Source: Chrysomallon squamiferum (taxonomy: Eukaryota; Animalia; Mollusca). From it: 64,000 bases of DNA. Both the position numbers and the translations under genes were made by a program. The stretch's first letter is position 1; every line of letters begins with the position of its first letter. The stretch covers positions 14,694,001 to 14,758,000 of the forward strand of contig CM022670.1 in assembly GCA_012295275.1 (NCBI GenBank). The letters run 5' to 3'. Positions 12,955 through 26,800 of the stretch are shown here, piece by piece. Under the pieces are notes generated by a model. The model searched no databases. It was not told the origin of the DNA and worked only from the letters and a program-made list of their open reading frames with translations.

Positions 12955-13927
12955 AAAAGTTTATCATCGTCAGAGGCAAGTCTTTCACCGAGTGATATTT
13001 TACGAGAAAATCGTGGGATAACGGTACCGTTGGGGAGATCTGTTTATGTCACTCCCAATGATCTCCTGATTCACGTGCGACAAGGCGACGTGTGCGTAGT
13101 TTCAGTACAGGAAAACGACCCGCTGTCAGAGAGACCAGGTAAACTGATGCCATCGCATTTTCCTTGCGACTTTGATCTCCAAGATGTGAAATATTCTCAC
13201 TTCGGATCACGCAGTCCTCCGGAAGACAGAATTCGTTTGCAAATTCGATACGATACACCCAGCGAGACGATTATAATTCCTTTCACGATTAAAGTCGAAG
13301 TGTCGTTCGTACAACTGGAAATTGTGACGCGAAACGTGCCTATTGAAGTGCCACAGCTGATGGGAGTTAGTCAGCCGATTGACGGGTCTGTATTGGAATT
13401 TAATTATGATCGAGACACTTTTGACTGCAAGGTTAGTGTTCTGAGCAAAGCAAGTGGTCTGCCAAGATACGGTTTCGTCGCTAACGAAACGTCCCAGCTG
13501 CAGATGGTGGACTGTGACAGGTTTCTAGATATGGGAGTGCGTTACAAACACACTGCAGAAACAGACTCGCCTGACAGAGATTTCCTGCCTTTAGTTGTTG
13601 AAGTGATGGGACATGACGACAAAATCTACAAACAAGAATATTTCCAGATAATGGCAAGAATTAAAGGTGGTATTGAAAACACTTGCCCACAACCAAGTTA
13701 CCAGGCAATGTTAGTCATGGAAGTAGATCAGTTCGTTATGACTGCTATTACAAGTGAAATACTAGCAGCAGAAGATTTTTAACATCACAACACCTCTAGG
13801 AACAGGTGAGGGACACATAGTCAGCACTGATGACAGGAATAAAAAAATCAGCTCATTTTACCAAGGAGATGTACAAGATTTGAAAATTGCTTACAAACCT
13901 CCACCTGAAGATTCTAATGTTCAGAGG
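12955..13927 (+). pseudogene. FREM2: FREM2/ECM3 (FRAS1-related extracellular matrix protein)-like first-exon fragment, frameshifted and truncated
   Basis: Reads ...DILRENRGITVPLGRSV...FPCDF...YSHFGSRSPPEDRIRLQIRYD...LPRYG...MEVDQFVMTAITSEILAAED, then TAA at 13780. The homology continues in another frame from 13775 (IFNITTPLGTGEGHIVSTDDRNKKISSFYQGDVQDLKIAYKPPPEDSNVQR) to a donor at 13927/8. There is no in-frame ATG or signal peptide (TAG at 12952; ATG at 12938 is out of frame), and I found no further FREM exons. Confidence 0.85.
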
Positions 13928-14086
13928 GTAATTGTATATAATCAAAAGCACCTGATTGTTTTATTTGCTAATGTCAATATTACTGTTTCGGGTATTGTTC
14001 CTTTTGTCCCTGATAATATATGTGTACTATATCTACATTGCATTAGACAATTATTTATGTATTTTCAAAACCTTAGCCTTACGTAC

Positions 14087-14812
14087 GTATTACATGTATA
14101 ATGTGTTAGACTGATATCTCTGTATTACATGTACAATGCGTTAGACTGTTATCTCTGTATTATATGTACAATACGTTAGACTGGTATCTATGTATTACAT
14201 GGACAATACGTTAGACTGATATCTCTGTATTACATGGACAATACGTTAGACTGATATATCTGTATTATTTGGACACTACGTTAGATTGATATCTATGTAT
14301 TACATGGATAATACGTTAGACTGATATCTCTGTATTATTTGGACACTACGTTAGACTGATATCTATGTATTACATGGACAATACGTTAGACTGATATCTC
14401 TGTATTATTTGGACACTACGTTAGACTGATATCTATGTATTACATGGACAATACGTTAGACTGATATCTCTGTATTATTTGGACACTACGTTAGACTGTT
14501 ATCTATGTATTACATGGACAATACATTAGACTGATATCTCTGTATTACATGTACAATACGTTAGACTGTTATCTATGTATTACATGGACAATACATTAGA
14601 CTGATATCTCTGTATTACATGTACAATACGTTAGACTGTTATCTCTGTATTATATGTACAATACGTTAGACTGGTATCTATGTATTACATGTACAATACG
14701 TTAGACTGTTATCTCTGTATTATATGTACAATACGTTAGACTAGTATCTATGTATTACATAGACAACACGTTAGACTGTTATCTCTGTATTACATGTCAA
14801 TAAGTTAAACTG
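14087..14812. repeat. 35-bp minisatellite (~20 copies) with a 70-bp dimeric higher-order pattern
   Basis: Unit tgtattacat(g/t)tacaatacgttagactgatatct(c/a)-like; ...acatggacaa... and ...atttggacac... variants alternate at 14226-14505. Confidence 0.95.
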
Positions 14813-16353
14813 CTGAGTCTGTTTTGATATATATAAAATATATATATTGTAATCGTTTTGCTACTTTATGTACATTTATGTCCATTATATTCATTATTAG
14901 CATTATTTGTTTTTGATTTTGTTTTTGTTTTTTGACACAGACATTTTTTTATTATTTTTTTTTACATCAGTTTGTACTTTTTATTTAATCTTATCTTATC
15001 GTATTTATTTGCGTGTGGGTGTAATTTTGTTTATTTATTTATTTATTTATTTATTTGTTTGTTTGTTTATTTATTTCATACATTTTTATCAAAATGCATT
15101 TTGAATGGTTTGTCTATAAAAAATATTCTTGTTGATTTGTTAATAACCGTAAGTGTACATAACTGAAAATAAAGTGATGTATACTGAGTTTTTAATTTGT
15201 TTCTTTCAGAAAAAAAAAGAATCTTATTGACAAAAATTCTTCTTAGTCTGTATATCACAATACAATACATTTTTTATTGTTTCTGATTAACTGACAGTTG
15301 TTCCATATTGCTCTCATATATTGTCGTAGTTGTTCTTTTTCTTATGATTATTATTAATCTGATATTAATCTGAGTTTAATCTGAGTTTCTGAGTATGATT
15401 TGTAAATAGTATTACCGTCAAATCAAAGAACTGCAACACAAATGCTGCTTGCATGTCAGAATCTTTCCAGATGGTCGTTGTTTTCTTCAGGATCAGAAAA
15501 GAATACAGAAAGACGTGGTTCACTACGGTTTTCTTTTTATTTTGTATTTTATAAATATATATATATATATATATTTGTAATATGGAAATGACAATTATGA
15601 TGATGTCTCATAAATCAGGTCAGTCGAGTTTTTAACCTTTGACCCTATAAGAATATTTTCAAACGGCTGGTAATTTTCACTTCAGTTAACAACCAGTTTC
15701 AGTGTATCAGTATTGAATGTAGAAATAATATATATTTTTGTAGACTTTTTGTTTCTGACAACCAATGACAGAGACAATATTAACAGCATAAAGGATATTT
15801 TCCACTTTTATAGAATCACCAGTTCAAGCATGTAATAATAATAATAATAATACAATTATTAGTAGTAGTAGTAATAATAATGGTAATAATGACCATGATG
15901 GTAGTGATAATAATAAATAGCATAATAATAACGGTGATGATGATCATGATCATGATAAATTAATAAATAAACAAAAAGAAATAAAAACTAAATCATTGGA
16001 AAATTGCCATACCCTTAATCTTTCAGTGCTGCTTGTTTTTACATTAGAATTACAAAATTACATGTGATCTTCCAACTAATTTCATCTGCTTATTTTGCTA
16101 CCATTTCTGATTAGCAATTATTTACTATTTAAAAATCGTTATAAAACATTTCCTTGCAAATATAAAAAATTAAATAATGGTTGTGGTACCAAAACGAAAT
16201 GAAAAATATTCACGACAAACAAAATAGTCATAAATTTTCAACAATAACTATTTTACCAGCTATGAGAACCAGTGAATAACAATCATTTTTTTTTAGAAAC
16301 AAAACTTATACTGAATTGTGTACAAGTTTATAATTAAAGGGTGTAATTATATG

Positions 16354-16398
<45 letters not shown>

Positions 16399-17022
16399 GT
16401 GTACAGTTTTAAATTTTAGCATTATTTTTACAAACAATTACAGTAACTAAGATTTTCTTCTCACCTAATTACACATAATCCTCTCTTACTGATGTAGAAT
16501 ACTGATGCGGTTAAGTATGGATTTACAGGTTTTGTTTTTCATACAGTGGATTACTGCTAGAAAATCATTATTGGAAATCTTTTTTGAAACAAAAGACAGC
16601 TTTGGCAAGCTGAAAAATAAATATGGATTTAGTCTTTTTACCTGACAATGTGTTATTATTAATAATAAAAATACTACGGATTTGTGAAAATATTGTTACA
16701 AATATTACTCAGTTCTTGTATAATTTAATTTTGCCTTTTATTTCTTTAACAGTATTATTTAATTTTGCCTTATATTTCTTTTATTGTATTATTTAATTTT
16801 GCCTTATATTTCTTTTTATCATTACACAATTTGGTAAAATCAACAACAAAAAGATAAGCTTCAAGAGAACTTTGGTATTTGGTAGTCTATAGCGTGTTGT
16901 GCAATTATTCTTAATATGGCTCATGAGATACATATTTTTCTGTTGGTCTAAACACATTTCTCTATTTTAATTACAGATCAGGATAAGTTGAAGAATTAGA
17001 TCATTGTTTTTCATATAAGTAA

Positions 17023-17293
17023 GAGAGCTGGGAATACAGTTTTGTGATAGAGCATCTGCTAAAGATCTGGTTCATTATCAGTTGAATCCTTCTTGATGGA
17101 CCCACCAAGTCATTTCTTGTTCAAACCAATACTGTACTTCTTCACAAAGGTCATGGTATCCTGTCTGTGGGGTAGTTCATATAAAACATCCTTAATGCTA
17201 ATTGAAAAGAGCAGTCCATAAAGTGACAGAGTGGGTTTTCTCTTTATCTGAATGGTATAAACATGTGATATGACATAACAACAAATAAAATTA
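17023..17293 (+). mobile_element. Degenerate tRNA-derived SINE with a MetaSINE-type central domain
   Basis: Decayed tRNA-like head, then aaaggtcatggtat-cctgtctgtggggtagttcatataaaacatcc...ctaattgaaaagagcagtcc, resembling the Meta central domain (AAAGGCCGTGGTATG...CCTGTCTGTGGG...GCATATAAAAGATCCC) as I recall it; AATAAA-type tail. Confidence 0.7.
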
Positions 17294-17896
17294 ATTTTTC
17301 TTTCTTTTCTGTCTGATGCAACTGAACATCTTGCTGATTACTCATAGTTGGTTCTTTCTGCCAGTATATAATACATGAAATGAAGCAGTGAAGATCAATT
17401 CCGAGTTTGCTGTGATGTGATTATTACAGTAAGAAAGGAATGATAAAAAACAAAACAGTATTTACATATTTATGACAGTTTCATTACACTTTATTATTTA
17501 CAAAAATACGTTACATTAAATGATATTAAATCCTGATTTTTTTATGCATTCTGAACTGTTAAGACTGTTACTCATTCTTATTTATTTAATACATAAAAAG
17601 TATTAAAAATGAAAAGTATAACAATTTTATCACTGTGTGACACTATAACTATACTGATTACCAAAATTCTAAATCGTTCCTTCCAAAAACTGGATACATC
17701 CATTCAAAATGTTATTACTGTTAATTGCAGAAAGTGGATTTACTCCATATCCTTAAGAAAAAACTTTTTGTTGTACTGCAAGAAGCAGAAACACTGCCCA
17801 AGAATCCCAAACTTCACATCACCCCTCTGAGTGCTGCCATCTGTGGGGCAGCAGTGCAACTACGAGTCTTGTTCACTTTCTGGGAGCTGTTTATGA

Positions 17897-20800
17897 TCAT
17901 TCAGCAGTGAAAGGGTTAAAGTTGTCTATTTTACACTGTTCTGAGGTAAAGCTGTCTAACATTATATAAAATTGTATAAAAGTATTTAATATGCAAGCTT
18001 TGACTGCAATGTTTTCTTCTGTAGCGTTGTTTTGCCACTGTTTTTGACTGAAACAAAAACAGTAACACAGTAAAAATGTTAAATAATAAATTAATAAGAC
18101 TTTCAGATGTAATAAAAGAACTGGCATTTTAAATTCTACGAATTTGTCGAGAAAAATTAGAGTACTGTTGTGAAAATAAAAGGGAGGTTACTCACGTGGT
18201 ACACATTTTGGAAGTGCAGTGCTACTCCACTGTTGGTTGGCTTTGCATCTTGTAACCCTGCGACCAATCATCCTGAAGCCACGATTACAGACATAGGCAC
18301 AACGTGTCCGAAATGGAACAGTGTCCGAAAGGCAAGCAATTGGACGAATCTGTCCATTAGCCGGTTGATGTAAACCTTTGCACCTCAGTGCTGTTTTAAA
18401 ACAAACAAACCTGATTAAAATATACATTATACATTTTAAATCATCCGTAAGCCAAATACAATAAGTATTTGCCTGGTTTTAATTCAGAAGATCATAGTTA
18501 TATTTTCAGGAGATTAAGATTGGACTATGATTCAACAGAAGAATGAATGTATTCCATCTCTTAGAAATAAGTTTGCTTATAAAAGCAGATTACAGTAGCC
18601 TAAATTTATAGAGAACACATTAGAATTGTTTCAGTTATTTTCTGAAATAAGTTAATTTATATTTTCTTTACTGATGAGAAGAAAGAAGAAGGGAATCACA
18701 TTAATAAATTTAGTTACTTCACAAAAAATTTATCTTTTTGTCAACTCATTACAGTTTTAGTATCTATTAGTTTTTTCTAAATTATTCAATACTTTAGTCA
18801 TTGCATTTTTCTCATTTACACAATCTTTAAGGATTTTCTTGATTACAGTAAGTTTGAGAAAGTATGTTATACAGTACTAACCAACACATTTTACATCTTT
18901 ACCACTCCATGTCCCATTATCCTGACACACCCGATACTGCTGTCCCTGTAGGTGATAACCTCTAGAACACCGATAGGAGCAGAGAATCCCTCTTGTCAAC
19001 TGAACAGACGACTTAGAGTAACACGCCCTTGGGTATATCTGACCAAACTGAACTCTTTCCAGTGGTGCACAAAATTTCTCTGAAAGAAACGAAAAATACA
19101 TCTCACTAAAATTTATTTACAAACATATTTTTAACCAATACTTCCTCAAAATAAATAGAATATTATATTTAAGGAATTTATAAGTAACTTGCAAAACTTC
19201 AGCAAGAGAAATGGGTCATAGATGGATAGAATCGGAGGACTATTTTATCTATTAATATTTTAACGTGGGCTTTTTTCAGTAATTTACTGACTGCAGAAAC
19301 ATTTATAATAGCATCAGTACCGGGGGCCCTGAATTCAGTATTTTACAATCCACTTGTTCTGTATGTATTTAAATTTAAACTGAACATTTAAATTTAAACG
19401 TTTTCTCAAGACAGAGCATTTGTAATCAAACAGAAATGATTTTTGTGGTCAACAAAACAATGAACAATTTCAGCAATATTTTAGAAAGTGGCTAATATTT
19501 TTACTGTCATTTTAAACTACATGAACAATAAGTTAATTTTTAAATAAACTACTGCATGATTTCAGCTAATTACATGAGAATACTTGTAAAGCCTGCTATT
19601 TGTTTAGTCAACAGATGTGCCATTATTTGCATATATAGTATAAAATAATAAAAATTTAGTAGTGTTTGTGACTCACTTTTACAAGTTTTTCTGTCATCAA
19701 GCAGTGTAAATGGAGGCCTGCATGAACAGGAAAAACCTCCTTCGTAGTTGTTGCAGATTTGACTGCAGCCTCCATTGTCCACTGAACACTCATCATAATC
19801 TGTAAGAAAGTGTTAAATCAGTGTCTTATCATTTCAAAATTTCTTTTATGGTTTCAATTACAGGTATTTAACCAGGTTTGGATATTAACAAATTTCATAA
19901 TTTTAAAACTTTATTTAATTATTTTCATCATATATTTAACCTTGTATAAACATTATTATATTGTATATTAACAATTCATTTCATTTTAAAACTTTATTTT
20001 ATTGTTTTCAGCTTATTTTTATCCAGATCTGAGTTATAAGATGAGGAATTACTTTAACTGATTTTAGAATTAAAACAGTTTCATTAAGTTGTCAGTATCC
20101 ATTTATATTACTTTTGGATTATTAACTAAGCCACCAAAATTAAAATTTTTACAAAATAACAATTACTTGGCTAATGTCCAGAATTACAGCACAAAAATTA
20201 AATAAAACAAAAAACAAACAAGTATTTCAAAGTGGACAAAATCACAGTGCAATAAAAACTATTTCAAACACTAATGAATTATCAAAAATGGTTCAAACTT
20301 ACCTACACATTTTCCTTTGCGTTGGACATAGCCAATAGGACATTCACACCTGTATGAGCCAGGTAAATTGTAACACTTGCCTCTGCATACCCCTGGCATC
20401 AAACACTCATCAATATCTGAAGCAAAGAAGTTAGTTTATCAAACACTGTATACAAAGCAAAAACAACTTGTGGTGTAAAAACCCACATAGATATTACTTA
20501 TACAGTTAAAACTACTTCCAAGAGAAAAAACAACAACACAGAAATCAATTTACAGATGTTATTATAAACACAATTAAAGCTTTTTATCATGTAATAAAAC
20601 ATAGAAGTCATAAATATAAACCTGAGATTTAAATACATTCTTTATGTTTTCCTTTTATAGATTTCATCATCATCATTATTATCATTATTATTATTATTTA
20701 AAGGTTTAAAGATAAGAAAATTTACTGACTAGAAATACATTCATTAAATGTGTTTAGAAAATGGCTCTTATATAACAGAAAATATATATTTAGCTATTTT

Positions 20801-23800
20801 GTTTCTGCAATACAGTTCATCCAGCATATCTGATACATTTATCAGTTATACCTTTACAGCTGCGTCCATCACTGGACAGAATGTAGCCTTGCTTTCTACA
20901 CTGACACTTGAAAGTCCCGTAGCTATTGATACAGTGATCCTCACACGGCTTGTTTCTGTAACATTCATTTATGTCTGAAAAACAAAACACAGAAGTAAAA
21001 CAGTTTCAGAAATATTTTTGGAGGTGGCTAATATTTTTACAGTCATTAGAAACAACATGAACAATATGTTAATTTTTAAATAAAACCCCTGCATGATTTC
21101 AGCCATTTTATAAGTTGGTATGCCAGCTATTTATCCACATTATTATTTTCATATATTACATCATAAACAAATTTCAGTAGCATTTTGTATTTAAATAATT
21201 AAATTACAGACATAAAAGAAAATGGTAGTAATACAACAACATAAAGTCAAAATATATTTTAAATAAATAATTTTGTTGTTAATGAAAATAATTTAGAATG
21301 TAAACTAATGAAAAAACATACCAACACACATAGATTTGTTTAGATGGTAAACTTCAAAACCAGCTACAGTACAGAAACAATGAAAAGAGCCAACAGTGTT
21401 TTTACAACCTTGTTCACAACCGCCATTGTTTACCTTGCATTCATCATAATCTGAAATAAATCGAATAAAATAATCACGTTACTAAAAACTGAACTCTTTC
21501 TACTTTCCTCTGATCATTATCATTGCTTCACTATTTACTTCTCTTTATATTAACAATGGGATTGGTGAACAAGAATAGTAGTCTACATAAAAATCTTGCA
21601 ATATTTTTATTAACAATGAGTCTGGTCACAAGGCCTAGCCAATACGAAGAAACTTCCAAGGTTATTGAGTTTAGTCTATCAGGAATATTTTTAAATTGAA
21701 AAATCTTTATTTCATATGTGTCATTGGTTCTGTGTTGCAATGATAAAATTGAATGATTCAGATATTCAGTGAAACATCTCCAGATTACTGACATTTTTCT
21801 ATTCTGAACGTATTACAGTTTAGTTCGGGTATGGTTTTCTGATGTATAACTGTATTTTCACCATGTTGCAAGTTGCTGTTATATAAACATCATTTACAAG
21901 TATTTTTTTCCTCTTTAATATACCTAATATTTAAAAATCTTTATTATGATTTCTTCATTTGTAACTTATTATCATCTTTATACTTTAGTAAACTTATATT
22001 TATGACACCTATCAGATATTTTGAATAAACACGCATATAAATATTACCCGTTTAATTAAATATCTATAAATAGAAGTTTCAGACTCACCTGTGCAAGTTT
22101 TGCCGTCTGCCATTAACTTAAAACCAACGTCACAAATACAATAAGCACTTCCTCTCGTGTTGATACATTTGTAGGAACATCCATGATCTCCCTTACATTC
22201 ATCTACATCTAACAAAACAAACTTTGTATTAATCACATTAAGTAACAGATGCACAGATGATAGCATTAATTCATATGAAGCAGGAGGCAGAGGTTTTACA
22301 CAGAGAATAAAAATGTTAACTAACCCTCTTGTGTTTTAAGATATTAAAGTGATGAACAAAACAATATAATAATACTAATAATATAGATATATAGTTATAA
22401 TGATAAATCTATTGGTAACACATTTCGGCAAAACAGTATAAGATGTATAACTTAATTTACTATCTCAGTCACAAGTAGATAAAGCTACATTTATATTTGG
22501 ATGTTTGCTTTATACAGAGACATACAGACACACACACACACATATATATATATACACACATGTGTGTGTGTGTGTGATCACATTATCTTACCAATACAAG
22601 AATGTCTATTTGATGCTAATACAAAACCCTTTTCATCGCAACTACAAACATACGATCCATCAGTGTTGCTACAGGTTTGATCACAATGGTTTCTGTTATC
22701 CAAACACTCATCCACGTCTGTTAAAACAAGAAATATCATTCAGTAAGTACTAGTAAATGATTCAAACTTTCACATATTTAAATTAATACTGGCCACAGGC
22801 AATAAACACTGTGATGAAGCCATAACTTATTTTTTATTATTTTTATTATAATTATGATAATTATATAATTTGATATCCAATAAGCGCTGTCTAAACTAAA
22901 TAAATATTCATCTTTCATTGTAATTTTAAACACATATATGAATGTAATGTTTTGTTTGTAAACTTGCAACTGAAAAAATTATATATGGTAGAAATTAATA
23001 TAAATTTTCTACAGTTGTTATATATCTGCCCCAATAACTCATTTACTATTTTCCAGGAGAACATCAAACTTTTCTAACATTCTAGTCAATCAGTAATTGC
23101 TATAGAGAAGTGGAAGGACCCTCAGTTCTCATTGGTCAAAAGATCTTGCTACAAAAATCGAAGAAACTTTATTAACCTTTGCAAGTGCGTTTATCCTGAT
23201 CAAGTTTGTATCCAGCTGCACATGTGCAGTAAGCACTTCCTTCGGTGTTAACACAGTGATCAGAGCAGCCATATGCATTGTCCAAGCATTCATTAACATC
23301 TTTAAAAAAAGAGAAAAATTCACATTTATTAACATGTTTGAAAAAAAGGAACAAATATTTTACTTTCATTAACATCTTTGAAAAAAAAACATTTATATAA
23401 AGAAATATTTGCTATGATAAAATGATACTTAATTTGCAAATATATTTGTAAATATATTTTACTAGTTGGCAGAATTGAACATATTCACCTTTTTTTTTAA
23501 TAATTAATATCACAATTAGAAAATTACTATAAATAAACTTTTTCTTATGTTAATGTTAATTAAACATGACTTTAAATTATAAACTATGAAGTTTGCTATA
23601 AATATAAAAAATAAAAAAACACAAAAAGAACAGTTCAACACAATTCTCATTACATTTTAAATATTCAATTTTTAAAATCTTGTTAAAGCACTGAGATAAG
23701 AAGTGTTTGTTACGAGTGGGAGGGACTGTTTTAAATAGCTTACCCATGCAGGTGATGTTTCGGGCTGGGTCTCCCCAGTACCCCAGCTGACAGAAACAGT

Positions 23801-26800
23801 CACTGACTGACGTCTTTGCTGTGCCGTTTGTCACAGAAAACGGCGGGCAACGTTTACAGCTGTTATTCAAATCTCCTCGATAATAACCAACAGGACAAGC
23901 TAAATTACATATCAACCATGTTAACATTACACAGTTATTAGCACTGTTTAAATTAGCTATGATTTACATTACATAGCTGTAAGTATTATTCATATTATAC
24001 ACATATTAGCATTGTTTTTATTAGCTGTTAACTTTGTTTATATTGCACATATATTTGAATTACATATGTTACTTAGATATTATTTATATTACATAGCTAT
24101 TAGGATTGTGTATATTGCTGTTGTAATTTAATGCCAAATAAAGAGATTTCAATAAATAAATATAATGCCTGGAATTTTCTGAGTGAATTGGGATATTATA
24201 CATATATCCTGGAATATATATGCATATAAGTATGTGTATCTGTGTGTCTTTCTTGTGCATTGCAATTTCCTAATAACTGCAACAGCAAAATACAAATGTC
24301 ACAACATCAGACCTGAACAAGTTGTTCCTTTTGTTCTGTAGCCAGGCAGACATTCACACCTGTATGATCCAGGTATGTTCAAACAGATGTGATCACACAA
24401 AGTTCCATTGTACTCTTCACACTCATCTCGATCTGAAATTAAACACATCCTCACTGTTGTAAAACCAAACACTACAACTGTCAGCTAGGAAAATAAATGT
24501 AAACTAAGAACTGTTGTACAATGATACTAACAGCTATGTAATATAAATAATACAAATAATACTAATAATTAATATAGAATAATACTAACAGTTATGTAAA
24601 ATAAATAATATTAAAAGCTATGTAATATAAATAAGCTAATAGCTAATGAAAAACTGTCAGTTTAACGTAAGTGTGAACTGAGAACAAATTTAAAAAGTAC
24701 TAATTAACATAACTGTAAATAATGATTTGTTACACCAGGAAAAATGTATTAGTTAATAATTTAAGCAGTTTGGTCTACAAAACTAAACTGCACCATTGTC
24801 TGTATTTTGTTTTATGTGTGGTTTGTTGTGTATTTGAAGCATATCAGTAAAATGTCATATACCAACGCATGACATGCCATCAGGTCCAATGTGGTAACCA
24901 GGTTTATCACACTGACATTTGTAGGAGCCATGAGTGTTGACACACCCTTCTTCACAGACATTCTCCCCCTCCATGCATTCGTTGATATCTGAAAAATAAA
25001 CATAGAAGGTCAAACAAACAAGTAGAAAGAGGTTATAATAATCTAAAAAGTATTCCAGTTGTTTTTGTTTCACTTAAAAATGTATTCATAGTTTTTAAAA
25101 CTGAACTATGGTATCTCTAATAATCCATAATTCCTGCAAAACATGGCTGGCATTATGTATTAAATATGTTAATGATGGCATCTGAGGTGGTTAGGAAGAA
25201 TAAATAATTCACCTGAGTTGATGTAAAATCATTATTGGACTTTTATATTTAGTCATCAAAATGACTGATTCTACAAATGGACTACTGATATATATATTTT
25301 TTAATCTTTCTTGTTTATAAAACAAAATACACCTGATTATACACACCAATACATGAAACTTGATCTGAGGACAGAGTGAAACCTTTTCCTGCACAGTAAC
25401 ACTCAAACGAGCCTACTGTGTTGTGACACAGCTGTTCACACTTCGTGTTTCCACTGGCACATTCATCAATGTCTGTGAACAGTCAAATCAGTTAATTATT
25501 AATGTATATTAAATTTTATAAAGGTATCTAATGAATATTCAGGAAAGAAAAGGTATATCCAACCTAAATATATATTTTTTTTTTTTTTTTTTTTCTTAAG
25601 ATACAATTATTAAAAATTACATCTAACCTATTTATAAATCATAAACTATAATAAAGTTTTTAAAATTTTTATACATGACTTTTCACTAGATTTCTTAGTC
25701 TGCAATTAGTGATAAAATAAATATAGCTGTATTCCAAAAGATTGAAAATAATATATACAAATAAGATATACTGAAATCAAAATATTCAGTGAAGAAACAT
25801 TTTATCTAACCTTTTCATATATAAATTATATTCAAATACAGTTATGAAAATTTATATCTGACCTTTCACTACATTTGTTAACATGCAAACTGTGGTAAGA
25901 ATAATGTAGCTGTATTCCAAAAGAAGAGATTCAACGTAACATGTACATATGAGATATACTGAAATCTGTGTGAGCAGTGAGAGGTGGAGAATCCAGCAAG
26001 CACTCACCCACACACCCACGTTTGTCACTGTCCAGCTGGTAACCTGCAGCACAGGTACACGTCACTCCCCCGTCAAAGTTTTCACATCCTTGACTACAGT
26101 AATCTGGGTCATCACATTCATTAATATCTGAAACAAAATAAACCTCAAGTTTCAGTCATACATTCGTAAGAGTCGGGGGTCTCCTAATTAAAGAAACTTT
26201 GACAAGCCAGTTCAGCAGCAGATTTTAATACTGCCAGTTAAACAACAGAATATTAAAAAATATATATAATAAAATAATTAATTATTACTAATAACATAAA
26301 CAAAAGTACAGTTAGAATCTAGATGCAGTTTCTAATGTTCCATGCACAGGGAAGCACTTGGATTACATATAATATGGGAATTATTACCAACACAATTTCG
26401 CTGATCATCCATCAAATAGTATCCATCTCCATGGCACTGGCAGTAAAAAGATCCATCAGTGTTTACACATTTGTGATTACAACCAGCAGCATCATCCTGA
26501 CACTCGTCAACATCTGCAACAGTTTGTAGAAATACTAAGTAACCCATGAAAACATAATTAGCATTATTGTTAAAGATGACTGATTTGCACTGTTAATGTT
26601 TTATAATATTTAATGGGGTTTTTTAAAGAAAATGTTAGAGGCAAAAATTAAATGAAAACTTCTGTCATGTTATCTGGCTTACTTATACTGAATTTATTTT
26701 GGTCATGGATCTTTGTTTCAGAGAGAAGCTGATGTTTTAGGGAAATGGTAATGAAAAATAGTTTTATTAGTAAAAATTAATGATACTTTAAACAGAAATA

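Noticed and set aside
14087-14812. CRISPR-like 35-bp repeats
   Set aside because: Units are head-to-tail with no unique spacers, there are no cas genes, and the context is eukaryotic.
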